The position numbers were made by a program, and so were the translations under genes. The notes below the pieces were generated by a model that saw only the letters and a program-made list of their open reading frames with translations, ran no database searches and was not told where the DNA came from. Below are positions 51,581 through 63,861 of a stretch of 64,000 nt of DNA, piece by piece; positions within the stretch are counted from its first letter, which is position 1; each line of letters begins with the position of its first letter. Location: NCBI GenBank assembly GCA_964016885.1, contig CAXHJY010000112.1, positions 1 to 64,000 on the forward strand. Direction: 5' to 3'. This stretch comes from Eledone cirrhosa (lineage: Eukaryota).

Positions 51581-52489
51581 ATTGAACTAATATGCTGCAA
51601 GCTAAACTAATTCTTCTTTTATGTTCTGCAAGTTAACAGCTCATCGTCGAAGTAGATGAGGTCAAATATGAAATTGTAAGGTTTAAAGGTTGTATCGATA
51701 AAATGATTATCTCAAATAAACTGAATATTTGAAAAACAAAAAAAAAATATAAAAATAAGAGAGGAGAGATTATGTAGAAATAAAACGATTAATGAAAATG
51801 ACATTCAAACATGAGAAAAAATTTAAAATAAGATTTCAAATATAGCTAAATTGTTTTGTTTTAATGAATATATTTTGATTTTTTTAAATTTGTTCAATTG
51901 GCCAGTCAATGTTTCTCTTAACCTAATTCAAAAAAGAAATTAAGGAAAATTCAAGAAACCATTGTTTTCCAGTCAAACTAATTTCCAATAGAAAGTTGAA
52001 TTTTAGTAAAGTAAAAGGAATTATCAACATTTCCTCTGTTTAATACAGAAGGAAATATCATTTCATTATTGATTTGTAAAAAAGCAGACAATGCAATATT
52101 GTCAATGTGAAAACACTTTGATAATCAAGAAATCAATTGCAATAATTCAATAGGAAAATTATATTGTGGTAATATGCAAATTAACCTATTCAACATATGA
52201 TCATATTTTTTTTAATGTGTTTTTTAGTTTAATTTTGATTTTTTTTTTAGGGAGAGGAGGGGTGTATTTTTTAAATTATTGATTAGATATAGACACAATT
52301 GACCAACTCACTAGCATTCCACTGTGTATCCATAGCTAATACAGTCAAGACACTTAATCCCCGCACTGTCTCTCAATGTGACACAACCCATCTAGTGTAA
52401 ATAGCTTGTTATTGAGGATGTTGTTGATCAGCCACAGGGTAATCATGAAAGCTGTCCCAGCAGTGATCATCCTGCATTTTATTTTTTAA

Positions 52490-52848
52490 CCCTTTAGCAT
52501 TTAAACCGGCTGCATTTGGCCAGAATTCTCTCACCCCTTTCTGTTCAAATCAGCTGTAACCGGCTCATACTGATGTTAACGTATTGTTCTCAAAATAAAT
52601 ATAATCAAAATTTCATAGATTTGATATAATTGTTTCTACTTTTGGCACAAGGCCAGCAATTACCCAGTACATTACTGGTACTTTATTTTATCGACCCCAT
52701 AAGGATGAAGGGCCGTAAATCTATGCGTCAAAGCATGGCGTCCGACCCACTACCGATACTGCCAATCCAAATGTAACATAATTATGCGAGTAAAGCCTTT
52801 ACCATGAAAATATAATAGTAAATATAGAGTAATATAAATGCTAAAGGG
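52490..52848 (-). mobile_element. piggyBac-like MITE interrupted by a Nin-type SINE (about 52626-52770)
   Basis: CCCTTTAGCATTTA / TAAATGCTAAAGGG TIRs, TTAA and TCAA flanks. Confidence 0.75.
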
Positions 52849-54732
52849 TCAAAGATGCTATGGTGTGATTTAAAGGAAATGTAGCTGCCATTTCTAATAG
52901 GTCAAGAAACTATGTAAAGACTCTCATATGTCCAAGTGTAAATAGATATGATAAGTGTGGTGTACTTTACTAAACACTTTTGTGACTATATTTCTAATGA
53001 GTAGGAAGCTTAAGTGTTTTAATTAATTTTTAATATAGTCTGGAAGCAATAAGAAAATGTATATCAGATAATCTTGGAAGATCACTTGAACATAGAAGTC
53101 ACATCATCTGGCAATATTATTTGGTGTCTTATACAGTGTAGTCTAATTTAGGCAGAAAGTGAACAATTTGTAGGAAAGAGAAAGTCAATTACATTGATTC
53201 CGGTGTGTGACTGGTACTTTATTTTATCAACCTTGGAAGAATGAAAGGCAAAGTTTACCATAGCAGGATTTGAACTCACAACATAAACTATATGCCACAA
53301 AACATTTTGTCTGTCTCTACCAATACTGCCAATCCACACTCTTAATGTACAATCTTATCTACTTATTTATTTACTTTCGTTATTTTATCTCACAATAGTG
53401 TCACTGCTTATAGGTTTACCAAGGTCCAATCACTGTTTTACTATAAATCTGATCACAAGGGTGACAAAAGGGTGTCAAAACCAGCAGAAAAAAAGAGTAC
53501 TTTATTGAAAGTCCCAAAATGTTCAGTTTCCATATGGATGTTTACATGTCTATCTAATATATTAGCAATATACACACACACATATATCATAAGTTTTCAC
53601 ACAGCTTGTTTACCATACTCCATTTACAAAGCATTGATCAACACATTTCTATGATAGGAGTTACAGTTCCTTGAAGTTTCACACACTGCAATTGAAACCA
53701 GAACCTTAATGTTGAAAAAAGAACTTAACACACCTATACTTTCTCCCATAAAATCTGTATTTCAGCACTAATTATCAATATTCAAAAGATTTCAACAAAC
53801 TCCTTTACTATCATTTTTGGCTATCTTCTATGCTTTGTTATAATGCAGACTGAAAAATAGAAATGATTGATCATTTATAAACCAACAGTGGAGCACAGTA
53901 TTTTCCTTTATAAAGCAGTGTGAAGTTTCATCATTTATTCCAAGGCTGTACAACTCAGTGCGAAAATCATTCTCAAGACTGTATCTATAGACTTCAGATG
54001 ATTAGTAGCCTGTACTAGAAATGACACAGATATCATAAACCATAATTTCTCAGCTGTCAAAGATATCATAAACTGACAAGTCATACAAAGCTAACTAACA
54101 GTTCATCTAAAGGATTAATGATTAATAATGCAGAAATTATCTTTGCCTAAGTAGGCATGATATAGGTCAGTAAATGCAGTAGAACTGATTGTTGTTGGTT
54201 GTGTTATTGATGATGATTATGGTGATGATGATGGTGATATCCTTTGTTATTACTCTTATTTTTAGACTTTTATTCATAACTTTTTTCATGGTATTTTTTT
54301 GTAAGAGAAAGAGGATCTCTGAATATTCAGATGAATATTGTAGATTTTTCAACTCAGAGTGAAGTGTCAACATCAAAGGGGTGGACATCAGTATGTACGG
54401 TGTGCATGTGTGAGTGATTCAGATTAACAGATATAAAAGGATGATGATGATGATGAGGAGGAAGAAAAAGATGATGAGGTAAATAATATATTAAAAATGT
54501 TGGATCTAGAAAGAAAGCAACAAAGGAACTGAATTATATTGGGCTTCCCCTAATTATAATATGGCCATATTAAGGGGAAATAGTGTTGATTGAAACCATC
54601 TCAAAGTCAGTGCATGACTGATGATTATTTCATCAAACGGAAAGATGAAAAATGAAACCAATTCGGATTGGATTTGAACTTAGGCTAAAAGTAGCAGTAT
54701 TTAGTTTTCTACACACTTGTAATGAGTCATCA

Positions 54733-55278
54733 CATCATCATCGTTTGATGTCTATCTTCCACACTAGCAGAATTGTCTCCACACGGGAATTGTCCCACTT
54801 GAGGCAAGATTGATCAGGTGACCATGTCTTGCTCATATAGCACTGTATCTGGCAGGTTTTCTACAGCTGGATGCCCTTCCTAACACCAACCACCTTTACA
54901 GTGTGGACTGGGAGCTTTTTTACTGTGTCTCCAACACAACCACTTTACAGCGTGGACTGGGTGCTTTTTGTCGTGATACCTACATGACCACTTTAGTGAG
55001 GACTGGATATTCTGTGGTACCAACATAACTTTACAGAGAAAGGGTGGTGTGGGTGGAAGTAGGAGGATGGAGTAAGAGTAGTGGGTTGGAGAGTATATTT
55101 GGTTAAGAGGTGCCTACTGACTGTAGGTGTAACTTTGTACATAAGGGAAGGTGGGTCATCTGTATTACTGCGTAACGCCAAAGGTCTCACTCCAGTGACA
55201 TTGTCTTAGAGAGATGAAAGTGTGCAAGGTCAGATTTTATCATGTTGTCCCAGGTTTTTCTGGGTCTACCTACTCCGT
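54733..55278 (-). mobile_element. RTE-clade LINE 3' fragment
   Basis: Homologous to 17655-18298 (GVGRPRKTW..* plus 3' UTR). Confidence 0.85.
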
Positions 55279-55370
55279 ATATATATATAAATCAGGATGG
55301 ATTCAGTTTGAAACTGGTTAGACCATTACTTAACAGAGTACTCAATACTTGGTGTAGTAGAGTGTGGTTA

Positions 55371-55579
55371 TATTATAAAGAGTTGACTTTGCCTTTCATC
55401 CTTACGGGGTCGATAAAATAAAGTACCAGTAATGCACTGGATAATTGCTGGGCTTGTGCCTAAAGTAGAGACAATTATAAAGAGTCAGGAGCCCGATGAC
55501 TGAGCTCTTGCCGTTTCAACAGCCAGCTCCAGTTGAAATGCCAAGAGCCCAGATGTTGGGATCCCAACTCTTTATAATA
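55371..55579. mobile_element. ~105-bp palindromic MITE-like element with a Nin-SINE fragment inserted in its left end
   Basis: Hairpin 55474-55578; ATTATAAAGAGT duplicated at 55372 and 55474. Confidence 0.6.
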
Positions 55580-56028
55580 TATATATATATATATATATCA
55601 TGCATTCCAGCTTATAGAATAAGCATACAATATCCCTACATGTTATAAGAGTTGACTAAAACACTACCATAAAACACTATTTCAAAAGGTCTCATTCAAT
55701 CAATGCCAGCATGAAGAAGCAGACGCCAAAATGACAATGATAACGATAATGTAGGGTGGGTGACATATTTAATTAGGTTTGATTTTTGATAAATTCTATA
55801 ATATTGAACTCATTGTCACTTATTTAAAAAGAAAAAAAAAAAATCATTAATCAATAAAATAGCTATTAATGATATGTAAAAATTATGTAAAAGGGTTATT
55901 GTATCCCTGAAGTGTTGCAAAACTTGAATGTAATTGACATTGGATATTTTCAGCACAGTATGAGAGGTGTAAAAGAAAAAGAATATCAATTTCTCTCATG
56001 CTTACAATATACTTATTTATAATTCGGA

Positions 56029-56436
56029 GTGTTGACCACAGTCACTTTAGCTATAATCCCTGGTACTGTGGCCTGCAATGCAGAGGAAAGGAAGACAAAC
56101 AAATACTGGGGATTGTCTGGTCGCTTCCTCTTTGCACTAGTTGCTGTCAAGGCCTTAAAAGTACTTCAACCCCACACTGCCAAGCTACTCCACAAGATCA
56201 GAACATCAGCACCCCATCTGAGGAAGGAGGCCCATGGTGTGGGGTGGCTGTTGCAGCGGGTGCCGCTGACCATTGTCCGTGGGAAAGCTTTTGTGGTCAT
56301 GTTCATGGGACACAGTCCCAACTCTGCCACCCTTAAAGCATATCACCACCCCGTTACCCTCCCATTTTTCTGTGACCCTAGAGGCCTTACCTTTCCCTTC
56401 CTTTTCCGTTTTCATAACCACAAAAGATCCTTTTAA
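56029..56436 (+). mobile_element. CRE-like non-LTR element, decayed C-terminal RLE fragment
   Basis: ACNAEERKTNKY..L..RFLF..VAV..KLL..I..WLLQRVPLTIVRGKA resembles AE..K..KY..F.PVAVET.G..L.QR.S.A.QRGNA. Confidence 0.6.
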
Positions 56437-57340
56437 TTAATCTTATATTTTCATAAATAGTAAAGCAATGACTATAGAAATAACTGATGCAGCAATTTAA
56501 ATAATCAAATCCAAACACTTTACTATTTCCTCACCGAGATATAATTTTTTTGTTGTTATTTTTATCATGACTATACAGCCAATCTTTTAAACTAATTCCA
56601 GCCTGAGGCCATAGAGTTACATCAATTGGATTATCAACTCAATAACTTAGATTTACCTCACACTACCAGCAACCCTTAAATACATAATTTCCCTTCTGAC
56701 ATAAATGAAAGATCAGCAAATATTAAGCATAGATAATTATGCCAAATTGTTATATGCGCTTTCCCATGCTGGCAGGGGATCACTGGATTGAGTCACATTA
56801 TATTCTAAATATGTCAGGGACAATGTCTCATTCAAATGTTCCATTTTGGCATGATTTCTTCATTTGGATGCCCTTCCTATCATCAACCATTCTGCAGAGT
56901 ATTCTTAGCTTTGAATAAATATATATAATGCATATATATACACAACCATATACATACTCACACACACACACACACACATATATATACATACACACAATAT
57001 ACAAATACACGTGCACACATGTATAGTTCCACTTGTGTACTGACTGTTTGCGATGAACTGCTCAACCCTTGCTAACAACTATGATGATGATGATGATGAC
57101 AATGTCTCTCTCTCCCCCTCTCTCTGTCTGTGTCTGTGTGTATATATATATATATATATATATAGCAATAATAACAATATTTATACTTATATATGTTTAA
57201 TATATTATAAATATTGAGGGTAGTACTAAGTATTAGTCGGTTACCGGTATGATGAAAGGCTCAGTGCAAATTATCAAGTGTTTTACAGAGCCGAGATACA
57301 AAGTGTTAAAACAATAAAATCTTAGTTTAATACATTTATT

Positions 57341-57388
57341 TGCTGACAAATTGTTTCTTCCAGAGGGAAATCTGGAATCATCGGAGCA
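57341..57388 (-). ncRNA. Type I hammerhead motif (U4C variant)
   Basis: TGCT-CCGATGA-TTCCAGA TTTCCC TCTGGAA-GAAA-CAATTTGTC^AGCA. Confidence 0.7.
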
Positions 57389-57631
57389 TAGGGAATGTCT
57401 AAACAGGTGATTAAAATCTTAGTCATTCAGAACATTTAGGTAGATACATAAGTGTTGTTAGTGTCCTAGACATCATGTAGGGAATCAGGAGTTAAAAAGA
57501 TGTTATGCTTGAGAGAACACAATTACAAGGAGCACTGGTGGAAAGAGTGCAAGAGGTACAAGCAAAAAGTACAGGCAAAAAAAGTTACAAGCAAGTGAAA
57601 AATGTAAGATAGGATAGACATAAATATATAT

Positions 57632-57957
57632 AACTGGCACTCTGTCAATTATGATGTCGAGTGTTCCAGTTGATCCAATCAATGGAACAGCCTGTTCATG
57701 AAATTAACATGCAAGTGGCTGAACATTCCACAGACACACATACCCTCAACATAGTTCTCAGGGAGATTCAGCGTGATACAGAACGTGACAAGATTGGCCC
57801 TTTGAAATGCAGGTACAACTCATTCTTGCCAGCTGAGTGGACTGGAATAACATGAAATAAAGTGTCTTACTCAAAGAGACAACGCACTGCCGGGAATCGA
57901 ACTCACAACCTTACGATTGTAAGCTGAATGCCCTAATCACAAAGCCATGTGCCTTCA
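57632..57957 (-). mobile_element. CORE SINE with a different 3' tail (OR2-like)
   Basis: tRNA head GAAGGCACATGGC..GAGTTCGATTCC, CORE-like block, tail unrelated to the RTE tail. Confidence 0.7.
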
Positions 57958-58516
57958 TGTATATATATATATATATATATATATATTTTCATACATACAC
58001 ACACACATACCCACACAACATTATCATCATTGTTTAAATTCTATTTTCCTTGCTTGCATAGGTGCAATGGGTTGTAATGGTGCGAGACTAGACAAGTCAG
58101 GTGACCACTTCTTGCTCATCCCCTGTTTTGAGATTGGTTTTCTATGGTTGGATGTCCTGAAAATTACTAATTTGACACACATACACATTTACATCTCAAG
58201 GGCCAACTTTTCCAACTGATTTTCAACCACCTTAACTTGATTTACATACTTTTCTTAATATATTTTCTTTTTCCTCACTTACATAATACAGTACACTTTC
58301 TATATTATTCAACTCCATACCTTAATAAATATTACCATTTCTATATTACATACCATCACATAATACCATACATCTGCTACAGTATATACATACTAACATG
58401 CGGACACCTACTTTGCCATTCAAATTTATATCTCTGTATTATTTCCATTTGTTATGCATTTTCATAAAGAAGCATTTTAACGGGCTTTATTTTTAACAGT
58501 ATCTTCAAACTTGTCT

Positions 58517-58604
58517 AAGTGCCTGAAGAATAGGTAACAAATTTGATCCCTCATACAATCTGTAGATATGACAAAATTGGGCCTTGAAACCTTAGGTAGT
58601 ACTT
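58517..58604 (+). ncRNA. Type I hammerhead ribozyme motif, core intact
   Basis: AAGTGC-CTGAAGA-long imperfect stem II-GAAA-CC TTA GG-TA^GTACTT; 6-bp stem I, GUA cleavage triplet. Confidence 0.75.
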
Positions 58605-59139
58605 TTGTTCTGTGTTTGAACATAAATAATATAATACAATCAATCTCTCTCTCATATATATATATATATCCTTTTGTATTTATATATACATAAACGTTTT
58701 GACCATCTGGTGCCTTTAGCAGACTTCATATACTGGCAAACATTTGGACCAGATCTTCAGCTTGTAAATAATTTCCTCTTTTCTTCTCAGCAGTTTCTCT
58801 ACCATCTTCATTTGCCTGACTAAACCATTAAATATATATAAACATATTCATAGATGAAATATTATGTAAATGTAATGATTGTCATTCTAGAGAAACTACT
58901 AGAATGCTCTAGTAACAACAAAGAATTAGTGTGTAAATAGTTTCAACTTTATACGAACCTATTTGTAAAGTGACCAGCAACTGTACACCCATATTTTTCC
59001 ATCAATCTGTAACAAATAAATTTTAAAGGAATTGAAACATTTCTATTCATTTCATATAATATAATTGAAAACATTCTTTAATATAAAAATATATCATGTG
59101 AATACAATTTAATAGAAAAAGAAAAAAATTAGATTGAGA

Positions 59140-59362
59140 AGAAAGAATGGAATGTAAAATAAGAAAATATAAAAAGAAAATGGAAAAGGAAGAGAAAAGC
59201 GAGGGCTCTAGTGTCACAGAAGAATGGGAAGGGGGAGGAGAGGGTGTTTGGGGTCTGGGCCTAAAGTGCGGTGGTAATGGGGCTGCACCCTGTGAACAAG
59301 GCTGCAAAAGTATCCCTGTGAACAATGGTTAGCGACTCCTGCTGCAACAGCCACCCCACCAA
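59140..59362 (-). mobile_element. Second CRE-like 3' fragment
   Basis: Diverged reverse complement of about 56238-56410. Confidence 0.6.
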
Positions 59363-59683
59363 ATAGTTAAAAAAAGTTAAAAAAAATAAAAGATGCAAAA
59401 AATACAAAAGTTAAAAAGAAATCTAAAAAATTGCAGAATAAGTTTTTCTTTCCTGGTTCTTGTTTTCTCTCTATCTAGCTCTGATAAATGCTATGTCGGG
59501 TACTGAGCATTGACGTAAGCGTTTCCATTACTTATAATGATACTCAGTATCCAATATGGCATTTGTTAGCTGGCAAAAAAATGGAACCCATGAGAGTTGT
59601 ATATGAATACATGTTCATGTTTTGTAATCCTGGGTCAGGCAGACCTATTAACAAAGGCATTAAAGCAGTGACCAATTCATCGG

Positions 59684-60040
59684 CATCATCATCATCACCG
59701 TTTTACGTCCGTTCTTCCACACTAGCATGGGTTAGACGGGTTGTCCTGTTGTGGGCAGTGTCTGGTCGGCTGACCTTGTCTTGCTCATATGGGAACTGAT
59801 TCTGGCTTGATTTCTACAGTGAGTGCCGGGTGCTTTTTTGCCATGGTACCTCCACGACCACTTTGCAGTGGAATGATAGAGACCCCAGTCCTATCATCTC
59901 ATTTCTACAGCTGAGTAAACTGGAGCAATTTGAAATAAAGTGTCTTGCTCAAGGAAACAACACATCACCCGGTCTGAGAATTAAACTCACAACCTTTTGA
60001 TTGCAAGCCCATTGCTCTAACCACTAAGCTATACGCCTAC
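59684..60040 (-). mobile_element. CORE SINE with RTE-like tail
   Basis: Homologous to 774-1110 and 62362-62854. Confidence 0.85.
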
Positions 60041-60528
60041 AATATCCAATCTGCCTTTCTTTACTAAGATTTGAGTTAGATGGACATTTGGCTGCCATAT
60101 CTAGCAGACCAGAATTCCATTATTGGCTACCATGATTATTTTAGCCTTGTTACAAGTACCAACAAGAATAGAATAATTATTATTTCTACCACTTCTATTA
60201 ATGACATCTTTACATTCTTAATCTTTAAATATTTCATCAATTATATCAAAATGAAATAGTGTGTGTGAGAGAGAGAAAGAGAAAAAGAGAGAGTAATAGA
60301 GAAAGAGAGGGAGTAATAGAGAAAGAGAGGGAGTAATAGAGAAAGAGAGAGTGAGAGAAACACATATATGTATAAATAATAGAAATAATAATAATAATAC
60401 TAATAATAACAGCAAGAACAAAAGCAATGGAATATATTATGTAAACAAACAATGCTTAAGTACACAATACTACCTCTGGTGATTTTTGAATAATTCAAAA
60501 TATGAAACTGTAGTAGTAGGCATGTATG

Positions 60529-60561
<33 letters not shown>

Positions 60562-60565
<4 letters not shown>

Positions 60566-61430
60566 AAAAAGTTCAGAGAGCTTATACCACTATTGGCCGC
60601 TAAATGAAAGGCAGGCTGTGTAATGCCTGCATACGAACAGCGACGTTACATGGCACTGAGACATGGGCATTGTGTGCAGAGGATCTACGCAGACTGGAGA
60701 GGAACGAAGCTTGCATGCTCCGTTGGATGTGTAATAGTAATATACGTGAACGGCAAAGCATAAACGAACTAAATGAGAAATTAGGTATAAGAGGGATCAG
60801 ATGCTGTTTACTCGAGAGAAGACTATGTTCGTATGGTCATGTGATGCGCATGAAAGATGACAGCTGTATAAAAAAAGTGCAGGGCGATCAAAATAGACGG
60901 TAGCTACGGAGTAGGTAAACCCAGAAAAACCTGGGACGACTTGATAAATTCTGACCTCACACACTTACACCTCTCCAAGACAATGTCACTGGACCGAGAT
61001 CTTTGGCGCTACACAGTAATACAGAAGACCCGCCTTGCCTATATATATATACATACAAAGCGAAACCTACAGTCAGTAGGCACCTCTTAACCAAAATATA
61101 CCCCCGTCCCACTACCCCCACTGCCATCTACACCACCCCTTTCGATGTAAAGTTGTGTTGGTACCACAACATCCAGTCCTAAATAAATGAGGTCGTGTAG
61201 GTGTCACAACAAAAAAACACAGCCCACGCTGTAATGTGGCCATGTAGGTAACACGGTAAAAACCTCCCAGTCCACACTGTAAACGTGGTTGGTGTTAGGA
61301 AGGGCATCCAGCCGTAGAAAACCTGCCAGACAGTCCTATACAAGCAAGACAACCAATCTTGCCTCAAGTAGGACAATACCCGTCCAAACCCATGCTAGCG
61401 TGGAATATGGACATTAAACGATGATGATGA
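60562..61430 (+). mobile_element. RTE-clade LINE 3' fragment
   Basis: KGRLCNACIRTATLHGTETW..; short internal deletion, frameshift, (TA) insert at ~61041, (GAT)n tail. Confidence 0.9.
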
Positions 61431-62361
61431 TATATATATATATATATACATATGTATGCACACACACACATTCTAGGTCACTTGATGACGTAGGTGCAGC
61501 ATCATGTAAGAAGTATAAAAATATTTGTTCTAACGAGTTGCGACTCCTACATTTTTCATTTTGCTTATCATCATCGTTTAACGTCCATCTTCCACGTTGG
61601 CATGGGTTTGGACGGGATTTTTCCCACTTGAGGCAAGATTGGTTGTCTTGCTCGTATATCATTCAATATTTAATTATGGTCGGTATGTGTATGTTTATGT
61701 TTTGGATGTTGACGAAGACGTAATTGAGTTAATGAAGACATTATTAAATTGACGATGACGGAATATATTATGTCAATTCAACATTTCATCACATACATAT
61801 TTAACACACCACGACTGTACGTAGTCAAATTTCGTTTCTGCCATTTTAAGTAATAAAATTCATGAGTTCTTGGTCAAACCAAGGCTGCAGTAGAAACTTC
61901 TTAAGTGACCAGCAAATTACAGAGCATAGGATTCTGTGAGAGGATGTTACATATAGTTGTTTACTCTTAGCTAGGTACTTCTGCAGCTATCTGAATAAAA
62001 TACGACATCGGAGGTGCTTCTCCAGGGCAAAAAGCGAAATATATATATATAACATTAAATTAAAAGTTGATTGACATATATACCTTAAATAAACACATCA
62101 AAAAATTACAAGGGATATTTTGTAAAGAGTGTAAACACATAGTTACGAAGGTAATGATTCACCGATTAATGGTGAAATATATTTCTTCAATGGAATATAT
62201 ACAAATGAAATTAATCATTATTGCAAGGTGTCTATATCTATATTTAAGGTTCTTGTTAATTTTTAATATGTTACCTCTGTAACTATGTATGTTTACACTC
62301 TTTACAAATTATCTCCTGTAATTGTTTGATGTGTTTATTTTATATATATATACATATGTAT

Positions 62362-62854
62362 GGAGGCACTTGGCTTAGTGGTTAGAGCATTGGCCTTGCA
62401 ATCGAAAGGTTGTGAGTTCAATTCTCAGACCGGGTGATGTGTTGTTTCCTTGAGCTAAATACTTTATTTCAAATTGCTCCAGTTTACTCAGCTGTAGAAA
62501 TGAGATGATAGGACTGGGGTCCCTATCATTCCACTGCAAAATGGTCGTGGAGGTGCCATGGCAAAAAAAATCACCCAGCCCACAATGTAAAGTGGACGTG
62601 TAGATGCCACGGAAAAAAAAAAAGCACCCAGCACTCACTGTAAAGTGGACATGTTGGCGCCATGGAAAAAGCTCCCAGCACTCACTGTAAATGAGGTTGG
62701 TGTTAGGAAGGGCATCCAGCTGTAGAAATCAAGCCAGAATCAGTTCCCGTATGAGCAAAACAAGCTAAGCTGACTGGACACTGCCCACAACAGGACAACC
62801 CGTTTAACTCATGCTAGCATGGAAGAATGGACGTAAAATGGTGATGATGATGAT
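62362..62854 (+). mobile_element. Full-length CORE SINE with RTE-like tail
   Basis: A box TGGCTTAGTGG, B box GAGTTCAATTC, CORE block, several 48-bp-type units, (GAT)n. Confidence 0.88.
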
Positions 62855-63861
62855 ATATATATCATCGCTTTTATGATAAAATATTCTCTGAAGATTTGCC
62901 AAGATTTATGTTGTGACATAAGGAAATAACAACACTTAAAAAGTAAACAGACATTTAAAATGAAATTAAGTTTCCCCCATTTTTGAAGGTGGTATTAGTT
63001 TTAAATTTAATAGTAGCAATCAATTTGAAGGAAATGTTGCTGCAGTAAATATGAAAAAATGCAACAAACAAAGCAGATTGTGGATTTGAATATAATATAT
63101 CAAATTCTTCAAATTTGAAACCAGAGATGATAGCAACAACATAATATTGTTGTTTTATGTCACAATTATTATAGAACTTAATAACTCAAACACATAGGGG
63201 CTTTATAGTTAAAAATCATTTACTAGTAGAAATACATATATTACTAAAAGTCCGTGTTTCTATTTTTCTGTGTGTGTATTTCTTGTATTTAGCAAAGGTA
63301 GTTCATTATACTGGAAGAATTTTTCAACTAATCATCATCATCGCTGTTTAAAGTCTATTTTCCATGCTAGCATGGGTTAAAAAGATTGTCCCATTTGAGG
63401 CAAGTCAGGTCAGGTGATCATGTCTTGCTCAAACAGAACTATTTATGGTTTGGTTTCTATGGCTGCATGCCCTTCCTAACACCAACCACATTTACAGTGT
63501 GTTAGATGCTTTTTGTTATGACACCTACATGACTACTTTACAGTGTGAATCGTGTGATTTTTGTCATGACACCTCAAGACCACTTTACAGTGTGGGTTGG
63601 AAACTCAAACCCTTTTGCTTATAACTTCCAGTACATTTCTTGAAACAAAATGTTCAAAATAAAAGGTTATTTTTCCCCATAATAGAAGAGTGACAATAGA
63701 AATGTACTTGCAAATAAAAAAAACATACAAAAACAAAAAACAGACATATACACATACAAATATATTTAGTTATTCACTTGTTTGAAGTAAATTAAAGCTA
63801 TCTTCTTTATGGCTAGCCTATTCCATATATATATATATATATATATATATGGAATATATAT

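Noticed and set aside
55495-55555. SECIS-like ATGA..GA hairpin
   Set aside because: The stem register is inconsistent with the SECIS core and there is no upstream selenoprotein ORF
62362-62435. tRNA gene
   Set aside because: It is the tRNA-derived head of a SINE and continues directly into CORE and tail sequence
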